Source of the DNA: Nemertoderma westbladi
Lineage: Eukaryota > Animalia > Xenacoelomorpha
Assembly (NCBI GenBank): GCA_032718475.1
Contig: JAUCBJ010000210.1
Span: 1-52,291, forward strand
Direction of reading: 5' to 3'
DNA length: 52,291 bases
Of the stretch, positions 22,834-36,800 are shown one piece after another (positions within the stretch are counted from its first letter, which is position 1; every line of letters starts with the position of its first letter). The notes beneath the pieces were generated by a model. That model worked only from the letters and a program-made list of their open reading frames with translations. It did no database searches and was not told the DNA's origin. The position numbers and the translations under genes were made by a program.

Positions 22834-24102
22834 GTGGCGTCCGTCAAAGCCGACTGGGAAGCGCTCGAACGCCGCTTTCCCCGCCCACTCTCAGGGCAGT
22901 GTCGCATAATGACCGGCGGGGAAATAACAATCAAACTCATCCCTGGCGTCCGACCTAACCAATGCTACACTAATCGAACCATCCCCGTCAACATGGAGGC
23001 GGCATTCAACCAGGAACTCGACACCCAGATCGCTATGGGTATACTGGAACCCGCCGGAGACGAGAATAACCCGGGCGAGTGGCTCAGCCCGATGGTCGTT
23101 ACACGCAAAAAGAGCAACCCCAACAAAGTTCGCATAACGGTCGATCTGCGCGAACTTAATAAAGCTACGGTTTGCCCGAGCTACTTCTCCGACTCCCCAT
23201 TCCACGTCGTTTCCAAAATCCCAACCTCGGCCCGGTACTTTACCGTCCTCGATGGCCTGAAGGGCTTCCACCAGGTGGGTCTTGACCTTGCCAGCCGCCG
23301 CCTCACTACCTTCGCCACCCCACGTGGCCGTTTCCGCTACCGGCAGATGCCCATGGGGTGGCACGGAAGCTCGGATGTGTTCAACGCGAGGATGGCCCGA
23401 GCACTCCATGGGATTCCCGACATCGGACGGATCGTGGAGGATGTCATCATCCACACGGAGACAGCCGAACAACACCCGGAAGCAGTCGCTCGCGTTCTAG
23501 CCGCCTGCAATGCCGCCAACATATCTATAAACACGGACAAGCTACCTCGAGGAGGCTACCTCGTCAGTCACGGCAACTACCAGATCGACCCATCCCTCAC
23601 TGACGACCTCCGTAACTTTCCGGTTCCAACCAACCGTCGCGAACTTCGGTCCTTCCTCGGCCTCGCACAACAGTTGGGAAACTCGACTCCGGAGATTTCC
23701 CAACTCGTCGAGCCACTGCGCAGCCTCAATACGGACCGCACCACCTGGGTTTGGCTGCCGCAACACCAGACCGCCTTCGAGTCCACCCGATCAGCGCTAT
23801 CCAGCCCACTCTACCTCTCCGGCTTCCACCCCGACAGGAAAACCGAACTGCTGACAGACGCCTCTCGACTCAATGGCCTTGGATTCCTCCTACGCCAATG
23901 GGACCCGACTCCAAACCGCTGGCTGACCATCCAGTGCGGCTCTCGGACCCTCGCCAAACACGAGGCTAACTGGTCCGGGATGGCCGAACTGGAGGCCCTC
24001 GGAGCGGCCTGGGCGGCACACAAGTGCCGCTACTTCCTGGATGGGCTAAACCACTTCGACCTCGTCACAGACTGTAGCCCCCTCATACCCATCCTGAATG
24101 AT
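22834..24102 (+). pseudogene. pol: RT-RNase H fragment; the ORF tail after ~24102 is read-through into unrelated DNA
   Basis: VRITVDLRELNKA, LDGLKGFHQV, MPMG, IVED (YxDD position), LTDAS, ELE, LVTD. Confidence 0.85.
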
Positions 24103-24104
24103 AG

Positions 24105-25002
24105 GGGCTGTTGCGCTATACCGAATAGACCGATGGTCGGCGGGGTTGCTGTCCCCATGACTGAGGCTGCATTACAAACCAAAATTGCCATCTCCAGGCG
24201 CTGGAGCAGAAACTGGCGTGACTGTGGTTCGTGGGTGGCACTGTGGAGACGAGCCCCGATCTCCCGGGGGAAGGTGGATGTCTCTGGACCGGGGCGGCCA
24301 AAGGTCTCAAAGCAACGGGGTGAAAGAAATGGCCCCGGTCCATTAGGTCGCGATACTTAGAGTTTTTAATGCGCTCCGCCCTCTGCCCCCTCAGCTGAGT
24401 GCCCCCCGCCGCGCCAATGATGGTTTGTTGAAGGTGGCTGGGGGCCAGTGGATCTATTAATAATTATCGCAAAGATATGATAAGGTAGGCCTACGTGATA
24501 TTAGTTTCTCAAACCAAAGCTATCCATCCATTGACGTCCAAATATATCCAATTTCTCAATCCATACTAATCACTATGTAATAATGTACACTGTAATGCAA
24601 TAATGTCAATGTCCAACCAAACAATGAGTTGAGTGTTATCAGACCAGCCTCCGAGAAATGTTAGGCTAACGGCACCTCGCTCTGTCGCATCAGTTTTTGT
24701 AGTGGTCTAGTTCCAAGTTCCAGGCTACCAGAATCCGTTAGTGGATGATATAGAATCTGCACATCCTGACATCTGTGCAACTCCTGAACTCAGGCGAGCA
24801 TTTTACAGATGGTGGTCGAATTTATATGGTCTTGTACCGCGAAACCGTGTATTATTTACAGATGTAGGCTAAATTTTGGGTCTTGTACCGTGCACAGTAC
24901 TGGTGGTCCTACACAGCTACTGCTATTTTGCCTAATACAGGTCCCAGAGGTAAATCCTTAACCCAAGGGCTGTTACCTCTCTGACTGACAGCGCAACAGC
25001 CC
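24105..25002. mobile_element. possible non-autonomous TIR element at the Gypsy truncation point
   Basis: 13-bp inverted ends gggctgttgcgct / agcgcaacagccc; no TSD found. Confidence 0.35.
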
Positions 25003-26414
25003 TCTCTCCACATAGCGCCGCCAACCCATCCATCCATTGGTTGAGATCGGTATCGTCCTTAGCAACGAACAACCACTCGGGCCGCCTTTTTAACATTTAA
25101 AGTTTTTTTAACATATTAACAATCTTACTGATATTATTTCATACAATAAGCAGGACAAAATAATCTCCACTCCAGTTAAAGTTTAACGGTATATACTATA
25201 TATCCATCCATCTTACTCATCGCTGTCGCTATCAAGTATTATTAGTTGCATGGCCAATGGAATTTGGTCCTGGAAATGGCAGAGGTAAAGATAACGTTGA
25301 TTTACCACGTCTGGGTTGATGGTTCTCTTCACACGATAACAGCAAGGGTGGACCAATCAACTGATAGCTCCTGAAATGATGTCGTCGATTACTCCGGATA
25401 TCCTGAGTTTGAATTTCCTTCCGGAGTTGTTTTAATGAATAACCATTAGCTTTCATGTCTCGACATAATAATTTAGTAAGGAAATTTAGTAAGGAAGGTA
25501 ATAGAAGTTATTGTCAATCATATTATTACTATGTATTATAATTTCAGCTCTATAATATTCACCACCACCATATTTTACTTCATATGTATTAACTTTGCCA
25601 ATTAAATCCCGTTGAAAATTCCTAACTTCTCTCTCTAAGTCAACCGCCCATGCCATATTGCTTTGTCATGCCGACAATATACAATTGCGTGTGTAATATC
25701 CATATCAATTGTTTAGAACATTTAGAACATCTATTTTGAGATATTGCTGTTTTAATCCGTGAATAATAATCGGGTATAATAATAATCGCATAATAATGCA
25801 GTGATAATACAGTAATACAGTAATAATAAAGAATAGGGCCTAGCCTACATCAGATGTCATGATATAGGATGCCTTGGGCTGAATTTTGAATAATAGAGAA
25901 GCTATTGAACCCCTAACCCTACAGTACCGGTAGGTATATTAAACAGCCTCTGCCTTTAAACATCCTCTACCTATTGCTATAATAATAGGCTTATAATAGA
26001 CCCCTAACTAACAGCCTAAGGCAGGTATAGCGTATAGATAAGCAGCGTCACTGAAAGTACAATTTATAGAATTTAAATTTCCCTCTACTACCAGAGAACT
26101 CAATATTCTCACTGGATTTTACACTTACCTTAGCAGCTCCCTACCACGCACCTTAACAAGCTACCACCGACCTTAGCACGCTACCATACCGACCTTAGCA
26201 CGCTACCACGCACCTTAGGCATTCCTACTCATGACAGCGTGCTACTGAACCACTTGAACAATTTTGTACAAATATCTATACCAATGCAACAAGGACTTCG
26301 TAATATAATCTTTGAATAACGTAAAAACTTAACTATTTAAATGGAAAATAATGCAAATAAATTCAAACTAAATATTTCAAAATTTTTATGGATCTATTTG
26401 AGATATAATTCCAT

Positions 26415-27411
26415 AAAATAAATGTAAAATGACATAAATGATGTTATAAAAAGGTTAGCTTATATTTATGGTGGCGTTTGGAGCCAAGTTAATAGTTTAT
26501 AGCTACTGGTTATTAATAACTACCGATAGGTAATGCAGTCAGGCAATTAATAATAAATTCCAATTATTGTTTAAGTGGTAACCATGCCATGACGGCGTGA
26601 CTTTACGGTCTCGCCGACGTCGGTACATATTACATAAATAGTATACACCAATACAATACTAAATGTACAGGCCAATACAATGCTGTAATGTCTTCTAAAG
26701 TATAGTAAAGTGCTAAATAAAAACTAGCTTTTAGTACTAACGACATTGAGTAATTTACAATTTTTGAATAATAACTTTAAATACTTGTGTGTAAAAGTAG
26801 CACTTTACAGAGTGATGATCCGAGTGGCTTTGATACACGAACGAAAGTTAGTGAGTGAGTGAAAATAAAGCCACGAGGATCAGAACACTGTAAAGTACTT
26901 TGCAACAAGTATGTATGTCGTTTTATTCTAAAATTGTAACATTACGAAATGATTGTACATATACATTACAAGTGATAGAAACTGCACAAATTATATTAGT
27001 TGCTGTATAAATAAATGTAAAAATGACATAAATTATGTTATAAATAAGTTAGCCTATATTTATGGTGGCGTTTTGGAGCCATATGTTATAATAATATAGC
27101 TAGGCCCTACTGGTTATTAATAGCTATACCCCGTCTACCGGTAGGTAATGCAGTAGGCCTATCTGACTGTCAGGCAAATTCCCACCTATTATTTACGTGG
27201 TACTCAATGACGGCTTTAAGTAATGTCCCCTTAGTGGACATTACTTAACACCGCCATGGGTTACCACGTAATCAATAACACCAAATACAATACTAAATGT
27301 ACAGGCCAATACAATGCTGTAATGTCCTCTAAAGTAGTAAAGTGCTAAATTACAACTCACTGTTAATACTAACGGCGTTGAGTTGAGTAATGTTACAATT
27401 TTGGAATAAAA
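26415..27411 (-). mobile_element. Helentron/HINE-like non-autonomous element: one partial plus one full copy, head-to-tail
   Basis: 26794-27411 is the reverse complement of 45549-46163; subterminal IR and long hairpin; 26415-26772 repeats part of it. Confidence 0.7.
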
Positions 27412-27737
27412 TACTGCGTATATTACTTTTAAAACACAAATTTTATGTTTAATACCACCTACCTGCCTTTCATCAATCCTCTGTACAGCTGTAGGAATTG
27501 CATTGCATATTCCAGTTCTGCCTGCAGTATTCTGATATTACAGTACTGGTGTATTTAGGTATGCTTATTGCTAATTGTTGGGGTTTTAGAGTTCAGGAGT
27601 TCTCAGTTGTGGAAAGCGAATTAGGCCCTATGGGATTGGTCAGTTAGTACAGTCTGACAGTACAGCAATAGTCCAGTAGTCTGGTACCGGTAGTATAACT
27701 GTCAGACTGTATAACGGAGTGCTGGAGTGACTGAGTG

Positions 27738-27828
27738 ATGACCGATGATGTGATCGCGATGACTGAAAATTCCAGTCACGAAGACTTTGTGGAGGCAGTT
27801 GAGGTACCAACAGAGGCCGATTCTGAGG
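27738..27828 (+). CDS. LRRC27: LRRC27-like coding exon 1 (MTDDVIAM...DSEG)
   Basis: ATG, open frame, donor g|gtaagc, phase 1 matches the next exon. Confidence 0.7.
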
Positions 27829-30800
27829 GTAAGCTTAAATAAAAAATATCGGACGGGTCTGCTTGCGGGTACCGGTACCGTACTGCCTGACTGCGTACCG
27901 TACTGCGTTAGGTAGGCTACTCTACGTCTGTACGTCCATTCCATATTCCTATATTCTAACAGTACCGGTATGACTGATCCACAATTCAGCAATTCTAGCA
28001 ATTATATTCCTATATAAAAACAACTTCTGAACTTGATCTGTTGATAGGCCTACTAAAACAGTAAAAGGTCTTTTGGTCTTTCACTGGCTGACTGGTGCTC
28101 TGTTTGCGATCAAGTCACGATAAGGTTAATTGAATGATGGTTCCTGAAAGCGGGAATGCCCTGTCTAGTTTGGTATGGATCTTCTCTAGCGGGTACCTAG
28201 CTGTCTGGCGTGCGTAGCCTACATGCCTACCTTACCTTCAGAGCTTCAAGCTTCCACAAGCCAATAACAGAATACAGTAATAACTGACAGGAATAAGGTG
28301 TAGCAGTAGCTTACCCCGTGCCTCCGGCCTTTATAGGCCTAGTTTTTGCATCTATATCGGAAAAGCTTTCTGTGTAGAAATGTGCTGCTTTGGGTGATTT
28401 ACCAAACGGAATTTGTCAATCTGTCAATCATTCTCCCATTTGACTTGATTGGGTGGTGGGTCCCCTGTATCTTTAAACTTTAACCCAGTGCCGAGTTGGC
28501 ATTATCTTTGCCAATAACGCAAACTGCGAACAATTATATTGTTTACTTCCCCTTTTGTATTGTAGGTTACGAATACGATTTAGAGTTGCCTAAAATCTCA
28601 TCGGGACAGCGGGCGGCTGTCGAGATTATCAAGGCGGCATTGGAGACGGGGTGCAAGGAACTAATTCTGTCCAATCTAAAGTTGGAGGAAATACCGAAGA
28701 ATTTGGATCAGTTGACTCAACTTGAGGTAAAAATACTGAAATAAACTTATCTTTTATTAGTTTCCCTTAATTTCGGGAACTTCCGGTATCTTTTATTGAC
28801 ATATTTCACGAAGAGTTGGTGGATCATTCCTTTTCCATCTAGCTGTATGGTTTGGGTTCCTGGTTTGATTAAATATTACAGCTAGGCAGTTGTCGTTTCG
28901 CCCCCAGACCAATTCATCGACATGGGGATGCTTCTAGCGAGTGGCCTCCTGCGAGTGCCGCCATACCCGCGATTCAGGTAACAGCCAAGAGAGAAGAGAT
29001 TCGGTTTACCTCCGCTTCCACGTTATCCTTTTGGTCGAAAGTCAGAAATCTTGAAAATATTTCGAAATGTATTTTGCTTTTTAGTGTATTGTATTTGTAT
29101 TATATTCCACCACCACGTAGATGAGAGGTTATGATCTTATGAATATAATGTAAATAGCTTTATAGTTAAATAAATAGTTAAATTAATAAACTTAATAGTT
29201 AAATAAAGTGGTTTCGCGGATTTAATTAAATATTTTTGACTTTATCTCCTCAGCATCTTTACCTTGATGGAAACCTCATCTCCGAGATCCCGAGTCAGTT
29301 GTTGGCCGATCTGCCCAACCTGCGCTGGCTCGATCTCCGATTCAACAAGCTCGCCCACCTGCCGGACACCGTGGGCTACCTGCGGCGTCTGCGTTGCCTC
29401 CTGCTGGACGGGAACCGACTCACCCAGCTGCCCACCCCGCTGGGTAGGATACGGACTCTACACGGACTCAATATCGGCTCCAATCCTATCGAGTTCCCAG
29501 CCCAGCAAGTAAAACTAATATAATAATAATTAATAATTAAACGCTCTAATTGACCAAAGTACGCCTAAATAATATTTTTATTAATCATTTCAGTAAATTA
29601 TTGATTAAAAAATTCATTGGATAGAGACTAGGGGAGTAAGTGGGGCGCACAGGAAATAGCTATAATTGAGTCGTCGCCCTTATTTTTTTTATATTTGATC
29701 CCTTCCAGGTTTTAGCTAAAGGAACCCGTTTTATCTGTAAATACCTGCGGGAGGCAGACAAGGTGATAATTAGACAGGGTCACCAAGGGAACAATAATGG
29801 TTCTATATCGAACAGTTTCAGCGATCTGCAGGTTAGAATAGAAGTCCAATCGAAAAACACTATAAAATAGACAAAACTGAATGAATTAGTTTAATCATTA
29901 ACCCTTTCGATCCCGAATTAATTTCTGTGGTAAATAAAATTATTTTTTTGTCAAAATACCTTAATTGGGATACAAATGAACTAGTAAGATGAAAATTAAA
30001 TAATGTTCATATTATCTTCATTCAGTTTAGAGACGTTCCATATATGGTACAACGGGATCTTGGGGTAAATTTATTTAAATTAAAAAATTCGTGAAAAATG
30101 CATTTCCTTGTTTAATTAATAATAAAAATATTGAAATATTGATAACAATATAACAATTACTAGATTCTATGCCTGTTGTTGGTTCGTTGGTATGTGTATG
30201 TATTATTTTTTATTTCACCTAATTCAATGTATTAGGCAATAATTCACATAATCAATAATCATACCAGAGTTCAATAATACAGTTCAATCATACCCTATAC
30301 AATGGTAGTCTAGAAAGCAGTTTCGATCCGGTCGTATACACAGGAAGATAGAGCATTTAAGGAATGATATCTGTGATTTCATGCCGCAGTGACGGCAGCG
30401 CTGTCGATCAGATACTGGGACCATCCCAGGGAAATGGGCAATTATATCATGCCGTATATCCATGGCAGGAGAAGGGGCATTCGACCTATGGTGACGTGGA
30501 GTTGACACTATCAGTCTCAAATCCCACAAACGCCCCCGAAACACTTGGTGCTGGACTAGAGGTAGCAGAGTCTCCTCCTGGACGGCCTCGCTTCCTCGAT
30601 TTCTTCCATTTCCTTTGGGACGAATAATAATGTCTCCATCCATAGGCATATTGCTGTATTGTTACGCTACACTGTACCAGTATATCTGCCCAACCAGAGA
30701 GCAACACCCTACAGCGTGGGTGTAGGTAGGCCTACCTCCAATATTACTATAGGCCTACCTAACTGATGAAATAGATAGCTCTGTAAAACATACCGGTCAG

Positions 30801-33800
30801 TACCAGCAAATGGCGGTGTACCAAGATAGGCCTATCATCTATCAGACATCATTGTTGAATGTTCGTTACACTACACAGTCCGGCGCCCGAGCTAACTAGG
30901 TACTAGGCCATTTACCATCCTACTGTACTTAATTGCTGAATATTACAGTAACACAGAATGGCAATACTGCAATATAGTGCTGTAGAGCAGTAGTGTAAAA
31001 AAATCTAATCATACTGTACATGCCCGGTGGCCCATATATGCCCACCTGTTTAAACTAATCAGCTCATTCAGTGATTTGGTAATGGCCTATTGTTATTGGT
31101 TGGAAATGTTAGTGGAGATGTCAGCCAATTTGCAATTTGCTCATATTTTTTTCAAGAGGTGTACCATCCATTGTAGTGATTGGGAACTGTCAATATTTCA
31201 GGAAAAATATTGCCAAGAACAGCTATTATGAAGTAGCCAATATCGGGGACTTGTTGGCAATGGCAGTACTGTAAAATTACGTTTTGAGCAAATCCATGTA
31301 TTTTTTTTTCTAATTAAATGCAATAGTCCCTGAATTTAAAGTTTCTTTGAATGCAATTTATACCCTAAATGTAGTGCCTATATATGGTACTTTGCTTTGG
31401 GATCGAAAGGGTTAATATACAATATAGTCCTCGTTCTTCGGAAAAAACAGTAAAATAACCAAGTCTTTATTGTCTTAATTATTTAATTAATTAATTTTAT
31501 TCGTTTCACTTGGATCCCCTCTATCAATGTGTTGCATTTCTTATTATTTTAGGTATTCGAGTCTGGATCAGATGAGAGCGAGGATTGGACCAGTTATAAC
31601 ACTCGTTTGTTCGGTTCCCGACCAAACGACGGAGTTCCTACGCGCACCTAGTGAGTTTATAGATGGGGGGGGGGGGGGGGGGGGGGTTACAAAGTACCCT
31701 AGTAGGACCCCCTCCATCCCCACATTAAGGCAGAACTTAACACATTCCTTAACAAATGCTAAGTTTATTTTACTTTTATATATTTCCAGTTCTGCTGACC
31801 CAGGAATGCGACTCAAGTCCCGCACCGCGGTCTTCCATAAACCCCAGACCCAAGAGGACCACAGACGGGTGGTCAGGAAAGGTCTCCCTCCTTTAGCCGC
31901 ACGGTGAGTTATAAAAAGTTATATTTTTTCTACCGGAAGTAAAATAAGCTTTATATTCAAACCCGTCACGAGTTCAGAAAACAAGAACGTGAACTGTAAA
32001 TAAATTATTTTATCTGTATTATAGGGGAATAAGATTGCTCTTTATCTCCCTAGGGAGATAAAGTGTCACATAAAAATACATGTTATTAGCGGGATTTAAA
32101 GCGCCGTCATATAGAGCGGCACAAGAGTCTAAAATACTCGAAAAACATACGGCCCGAGTGTGGGATAGTTACAGCGTAAAGAGAACCCGACCTCGAGGTC
32201 ACTGTAATCGATTTTTCGCGCCTCCGTAGTCAAACATACAGAAATACACTCCGTCATGATTCTGATTTAAAAATGCTATAATCCCTACACAATTATTCCC
32301 TTCCCCCCCTTTCCCACCGTAATATTTTATTCCGTTAATATCCACTATTAATTACAACATATTTCCATCCCAGACATCCTTAACCGCCCTCACCCACAAT
32401 TCCAACCAATATTGCCGGCTACTCCCCTACAAATTATCGCTATCCAATGAAGGAGGTCGGTCGCTACACAACCTCCCTCCTTTCTCTCATTGGCCCCTCA
32501 GTACGCCAACCTTCACCCAACTATTAATCTCACCCAGTTATTAACAAAGGAATAATTGATAACCATCAAACTCTATTGCCATTCATTAGTAATAATCGGT
32601 TATTGGTCAGTCTAACAATCACGTATTAATTATAATTTACATGGGTTGAACGTAAAATCACTGCACAAGAAAGACAAACTGTGTTTAGGTGATAATTAGG
32701 GGTCAACTTCTTAATGACCGCACAACGGGTTTAAAATGGGTTTATATGGAAAAGTCAGTCACAAAAACCAGCCTTCATAGTTGGCCGCCTCGGCAACTAA
32801 ACTAGGCTCTGCTCCAAGGTATTGGACTTTTTTCTTCCCAGGCCGGCCTTAGCGGGTTCGCGGTTGATGGGAAGGTAAGACGTTACCGCCTAGAACTGGG
32901 ATCTCTGGCTAACCTGCCCCAGAGCGCTAGCGCACTCTGTCCACTGGCTACTTTGTTCCTTTCAGGACCGACTATTTCGTTTTGGGGGCAAAGTAGCAGT
33001 GTCCCTATAGGCTTTGACTCTGTTCGCTGGCTATACCAGTTCATCCCAGGCTCGCCAGGATCGGCGACTGTAGTTTTGAGGGCAAAGTAACAGCTAACCA
33101 TTTGCGTCCAATCGGTCCCACCCCTGTTTGGACTCGGATGGTAACCTGGTGTTCTGCACTTATCACCAAGTTCCAATAGCGTGAAGCTGCACCAAGTTTA
33201 TTACGATTTTCCATAACTTTGACGATTTTATACGATAACCTTTTGGTTATAGAGTATTTTTGGCATAACGAAACGACTATAAATACTGTATTTCTCTGTA
33301 TATTTTGGATTGTTTTTTAATATTTTGAGGCTATACTTTGGATCCTAACGGATCCAAAGCACCCCTCGCCCGGTTTCTCTTTTTCCTCATCCCAGAGGTT
33401 TTTCTATGGTGTTTCAGTTCACCATTTTTATATGCCAGAAGGGAGCAATGTACATCTTGGGAAGAACAGAAATCACTGTGTTTTTGCACTATATTGAAAG
33501 GTTGTGGATGTCCGTAAATAACAAGTCATTGAAGGACCGTGTGCTAGTGGAAATATTTTTATGACAGCCGGGAACCAAAGCAATAATGGAAAAGGGGAAT
33601 TATTAGAGATTCAAAGCCGTTTTAGGAGCTTATCGTGCCAAGAGGCACGCTAAATCCATTACAGCCACGGACGTCGTGTTAGCGTCGAGAACTTCCTGGT
33701 TACGAGGATTGGAAAGGAACGATGAGTAATCCGGTCGTCGGTCGTCCCGAATATATAGGAAACAGGAAGATGGGAAATATGTGGATTTGGGAGACGCGCA

Positions 33801-36800
33801 AGTCGTAAATCTTGTAGACGACAAGGAAGTTCAACAGCGATTTACAGAGGATAAAAGGCAAATTTATGGACTAAAATTTCATATTATTACAGGAGAATAA
33901 AGTAGCTTTATTTCCTTTATTAATTTTCCATATAATTGACCAATATGGGCAAGTTATTCATCTGGTTCTCAGCTGAAAATGAATTTTTAAATAACATTTT
34001 TAAATAATTTTTTCGGCATTTCTCCTTTCGTTATACCATCCCTGTTTGTATTTGCTGTGCTAAAACTAAAGTCCCTTCAATTTAAACTAATGTTGATATT
34101 TATAAATTTCCTTCGAACTAAATATACGATTTCTTTGAACAGAAATATCCCGTTGCACTTTTTAGATTTTAAAGGCTTAAGTTTACCAAATTGCCATGTT
34201 TATGTTACAGATCTCGTGGTAGCGGCCCTACTCCACTTGATAAATTTGAAGAGGAGCGCCGATTGGCTAAACTACGTTACTATAACACCCAATTAGCCGC
34301 CGCCCTGCAACGTAAAAGGTGAGTCATAGTGAATTAAATTGATATAAATAAACATTTCTTTATTTAATTAATATGATTAATTAATTGAGGTGTCATAAAG
34401 TGCCATTACTTCACGTGATGAGTGAAAAATTTAAACAGATGCAAATAAAAGTAAATAAATTAATATTTTAGTAATTATGTTGTATCGCAGAGATAAGGAA
34501 TTATTGCGGCAATGGCGTCACGATCAGAAAGCCTTGAAAGCTAAACAGTTTGCTGTGGAGAGTTCGAGACTTGTAGCCACCGCCCCTTACGCTCAGGATA
34601 TCAGTTTATTTCAACGGAAGACAGACATTATTAAGGTTCGGTTATTTCCAACTCTTTACATTACGCTGATCCAAATGATTGCGTAGGTCGGTCGGTCGGC
34701 CTTACCGTATCGTTATTTGCTGACGTTCATCGGCAAACCTACAATTTAAATAATTTACGTCTATTGCAATAGTATAATATTTAGAACTTGTAAGTGTAAT
34801 GTACCACTTTACATGATTATATAGCACAGGTGATTTTCTAGCACAGTAATGTAACGTATAAGTTACCGACAGGCGAGCTGTAACATGTTAGTACAGTCGT
34901 ACTCGACACCACACTATACTATACTACAATGAGTCGAGCGGAATTCCGGTTCCGGCCGGAATTAGCAGTTCCGGTTCCCGGAACCGGAATTGGTATACCG
35001 GATAACCGGAATTATACTTTTTTGAAGGAAGTGAGATTAATCGCATTTTTTCACAAACATCTCTTTTTTTTCAAAATTATAGCTGAAAATTATGATTTAT
35101 ATATTTTATATGTTTATAGTCAATTAACGCACAGTTTTACTTATACATCTCTGACTTTGTTGGCTTCGAATTCAATAATTGACTATATACAATCATCTGA
35201 ATGTTCAGATAGACTCAGATATTTGACTCTAACTAAAATTAACATCATTACACTGAAAAAGATAAACCTTGGTTTTAACTAAAAAAACCGCCGGTTTTCT
35301 AAAATAACCCCGGGTATTTTTACACCGGTTATTTTAAGAAACCGGCGGTTAAAGTAACAGATAAACCGTTGTTTCATTAATTATGATCCTATCTACAAGG
35401 ACGGTTTTCCAAGCAAGTAACGGTGGTTAATCTCTCAAAAACAAGGTTTTAAAGTATCTGAAACCATGGTTTGAGTTAATTAAATTAAGGTTTTATATTT
35501 GGGTACCATACCAGAATGGGGTTACAAATCAAAATACCAAGGTTATATTTCGTGGCTAATCTCTCAAACCGAGGTTTAAAAAACCTATGAAAGCATGGTT
35601 TGTCCCTTAAACCAAGGTTTTAAAACCTAGAACACCATGGTTTGATTAATTAAATTACGGTTTTATAATTAGGCGCCATAACAAAATGAGGTTACAAATT
35701 ATAATACCAAGGTTTTAATTCGTGGAATCTCTCAAACTGAGGGTTAAAAACCTATGGTAGCACGGTTTGTCCATCAAACCAAGGTTTTAAAACCTATGAA
35801 ACCATGGTTTGTCCATCAAACCAAGGTTTTAAAACCTATGAAACCATGGTTTGTGTTAATTAAATTACGGTTTTATATTTAGGTACCATAATAAAATGGT
35901 GTTCCAAATTTTAATATCAAGGTTTAAATTCGTGGAATCTCTCAAACCGAGGGTTAAAAAGCTAAGAAAGCACGGTTTGTCCCTCAAACCAAGGTTTTAA
36001 AACCTATGAAACCATGGTTTGTGTTAATTAAATTACGGTTTTATATTTAGGTACCATAATAAAATGGTGTTCCAAATTTTAATATCAAGGTTTAAATTCG
36101 TAGAATCTCGATCAAACCGAGGGTTAAAAACCAAGAACTGAAGAAAGCACGGTTTGTCCCTCAAACTAAGGTTTTAAAACCTATGAAACCATGGTTTGTG
36201 TTAATTAAATTCCGGTTTTAAATTTTGGCACCACAAATCGGGGTTATAGAAAAAGTCACCACTCACCACACCATGGATATTTTTAGAACACCGGTGGTAA
36301 CATTTTGACACTTTTTGATTGGTGAAACTGCCAGCCAATTAAAAATACAGCCGTTAAATAATGAAATTCAGTCTTAACCCACGAACGGCGGCATAACCCC
36401 ACCCATAGTGCAGGAATATAAGCAAAGATTCCGTCCGGGGAACGGATAACCTTACTATATAACAAGCTGGCAAGCCTGGAAGGTTCACGGTCCTCCTACT
36501 TAATCAGTACAATAATAATACGTTTTCGTTCGGGTAGGCCTATGTTTCCTTTTCACTTGTTCCCATCGTACAGTCGTAGGCGACCTCATGCTCCTGTGCT
36601 CATCCCACCACGACCACGACCACCAGTTACGAGTTGGGTAGGCGTCTACCGGCAACCGGTAAGTAATTACGCGCCACACGACGTCATCCCGCCATCCGCC
36701 AACATTTATACCGGTACGGTAAGCCTACCACCTACCGGCTGGCTACCATCGCACCGTAGGTCTACCGCCTACGCCTACCGGTCAACCGGTAACGGTAGGC

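Larger units (their letters stand above)
21005..24102 (+). mobile_element. 3'-truncated Mag-clade-like Gypsy retrotransposon (no integrase or 3' LTR)
   Basis: LTR-like end ...tgtca (21191) followed by PBS tggcgcagcg (tRNA-Ser-like); gag, PR, RT, RNase H; LTR start approximate. Confidence 0.85.

Noticed and set aside
21103-24343. Many overlapping short ORFs on both strands
   Set aside because: Shadow frames of the GC-rich Gypsy coding sequence
25232-25456. Minus-strand ORF with a possible donor site, and a nearby RFX X-box-like ccttagcaac (~25057)
   Set aside because: No linked exons or motif found; the X-box match is only a half-site
32020-33920. Possible degenerate TIR element in intron 6, including hairpin ctttggatcc-taac-ggatccaaag (33336), whose core recurs at ~51280
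   Set aside because: Ends too degenerate and no TSD; the shared core is short
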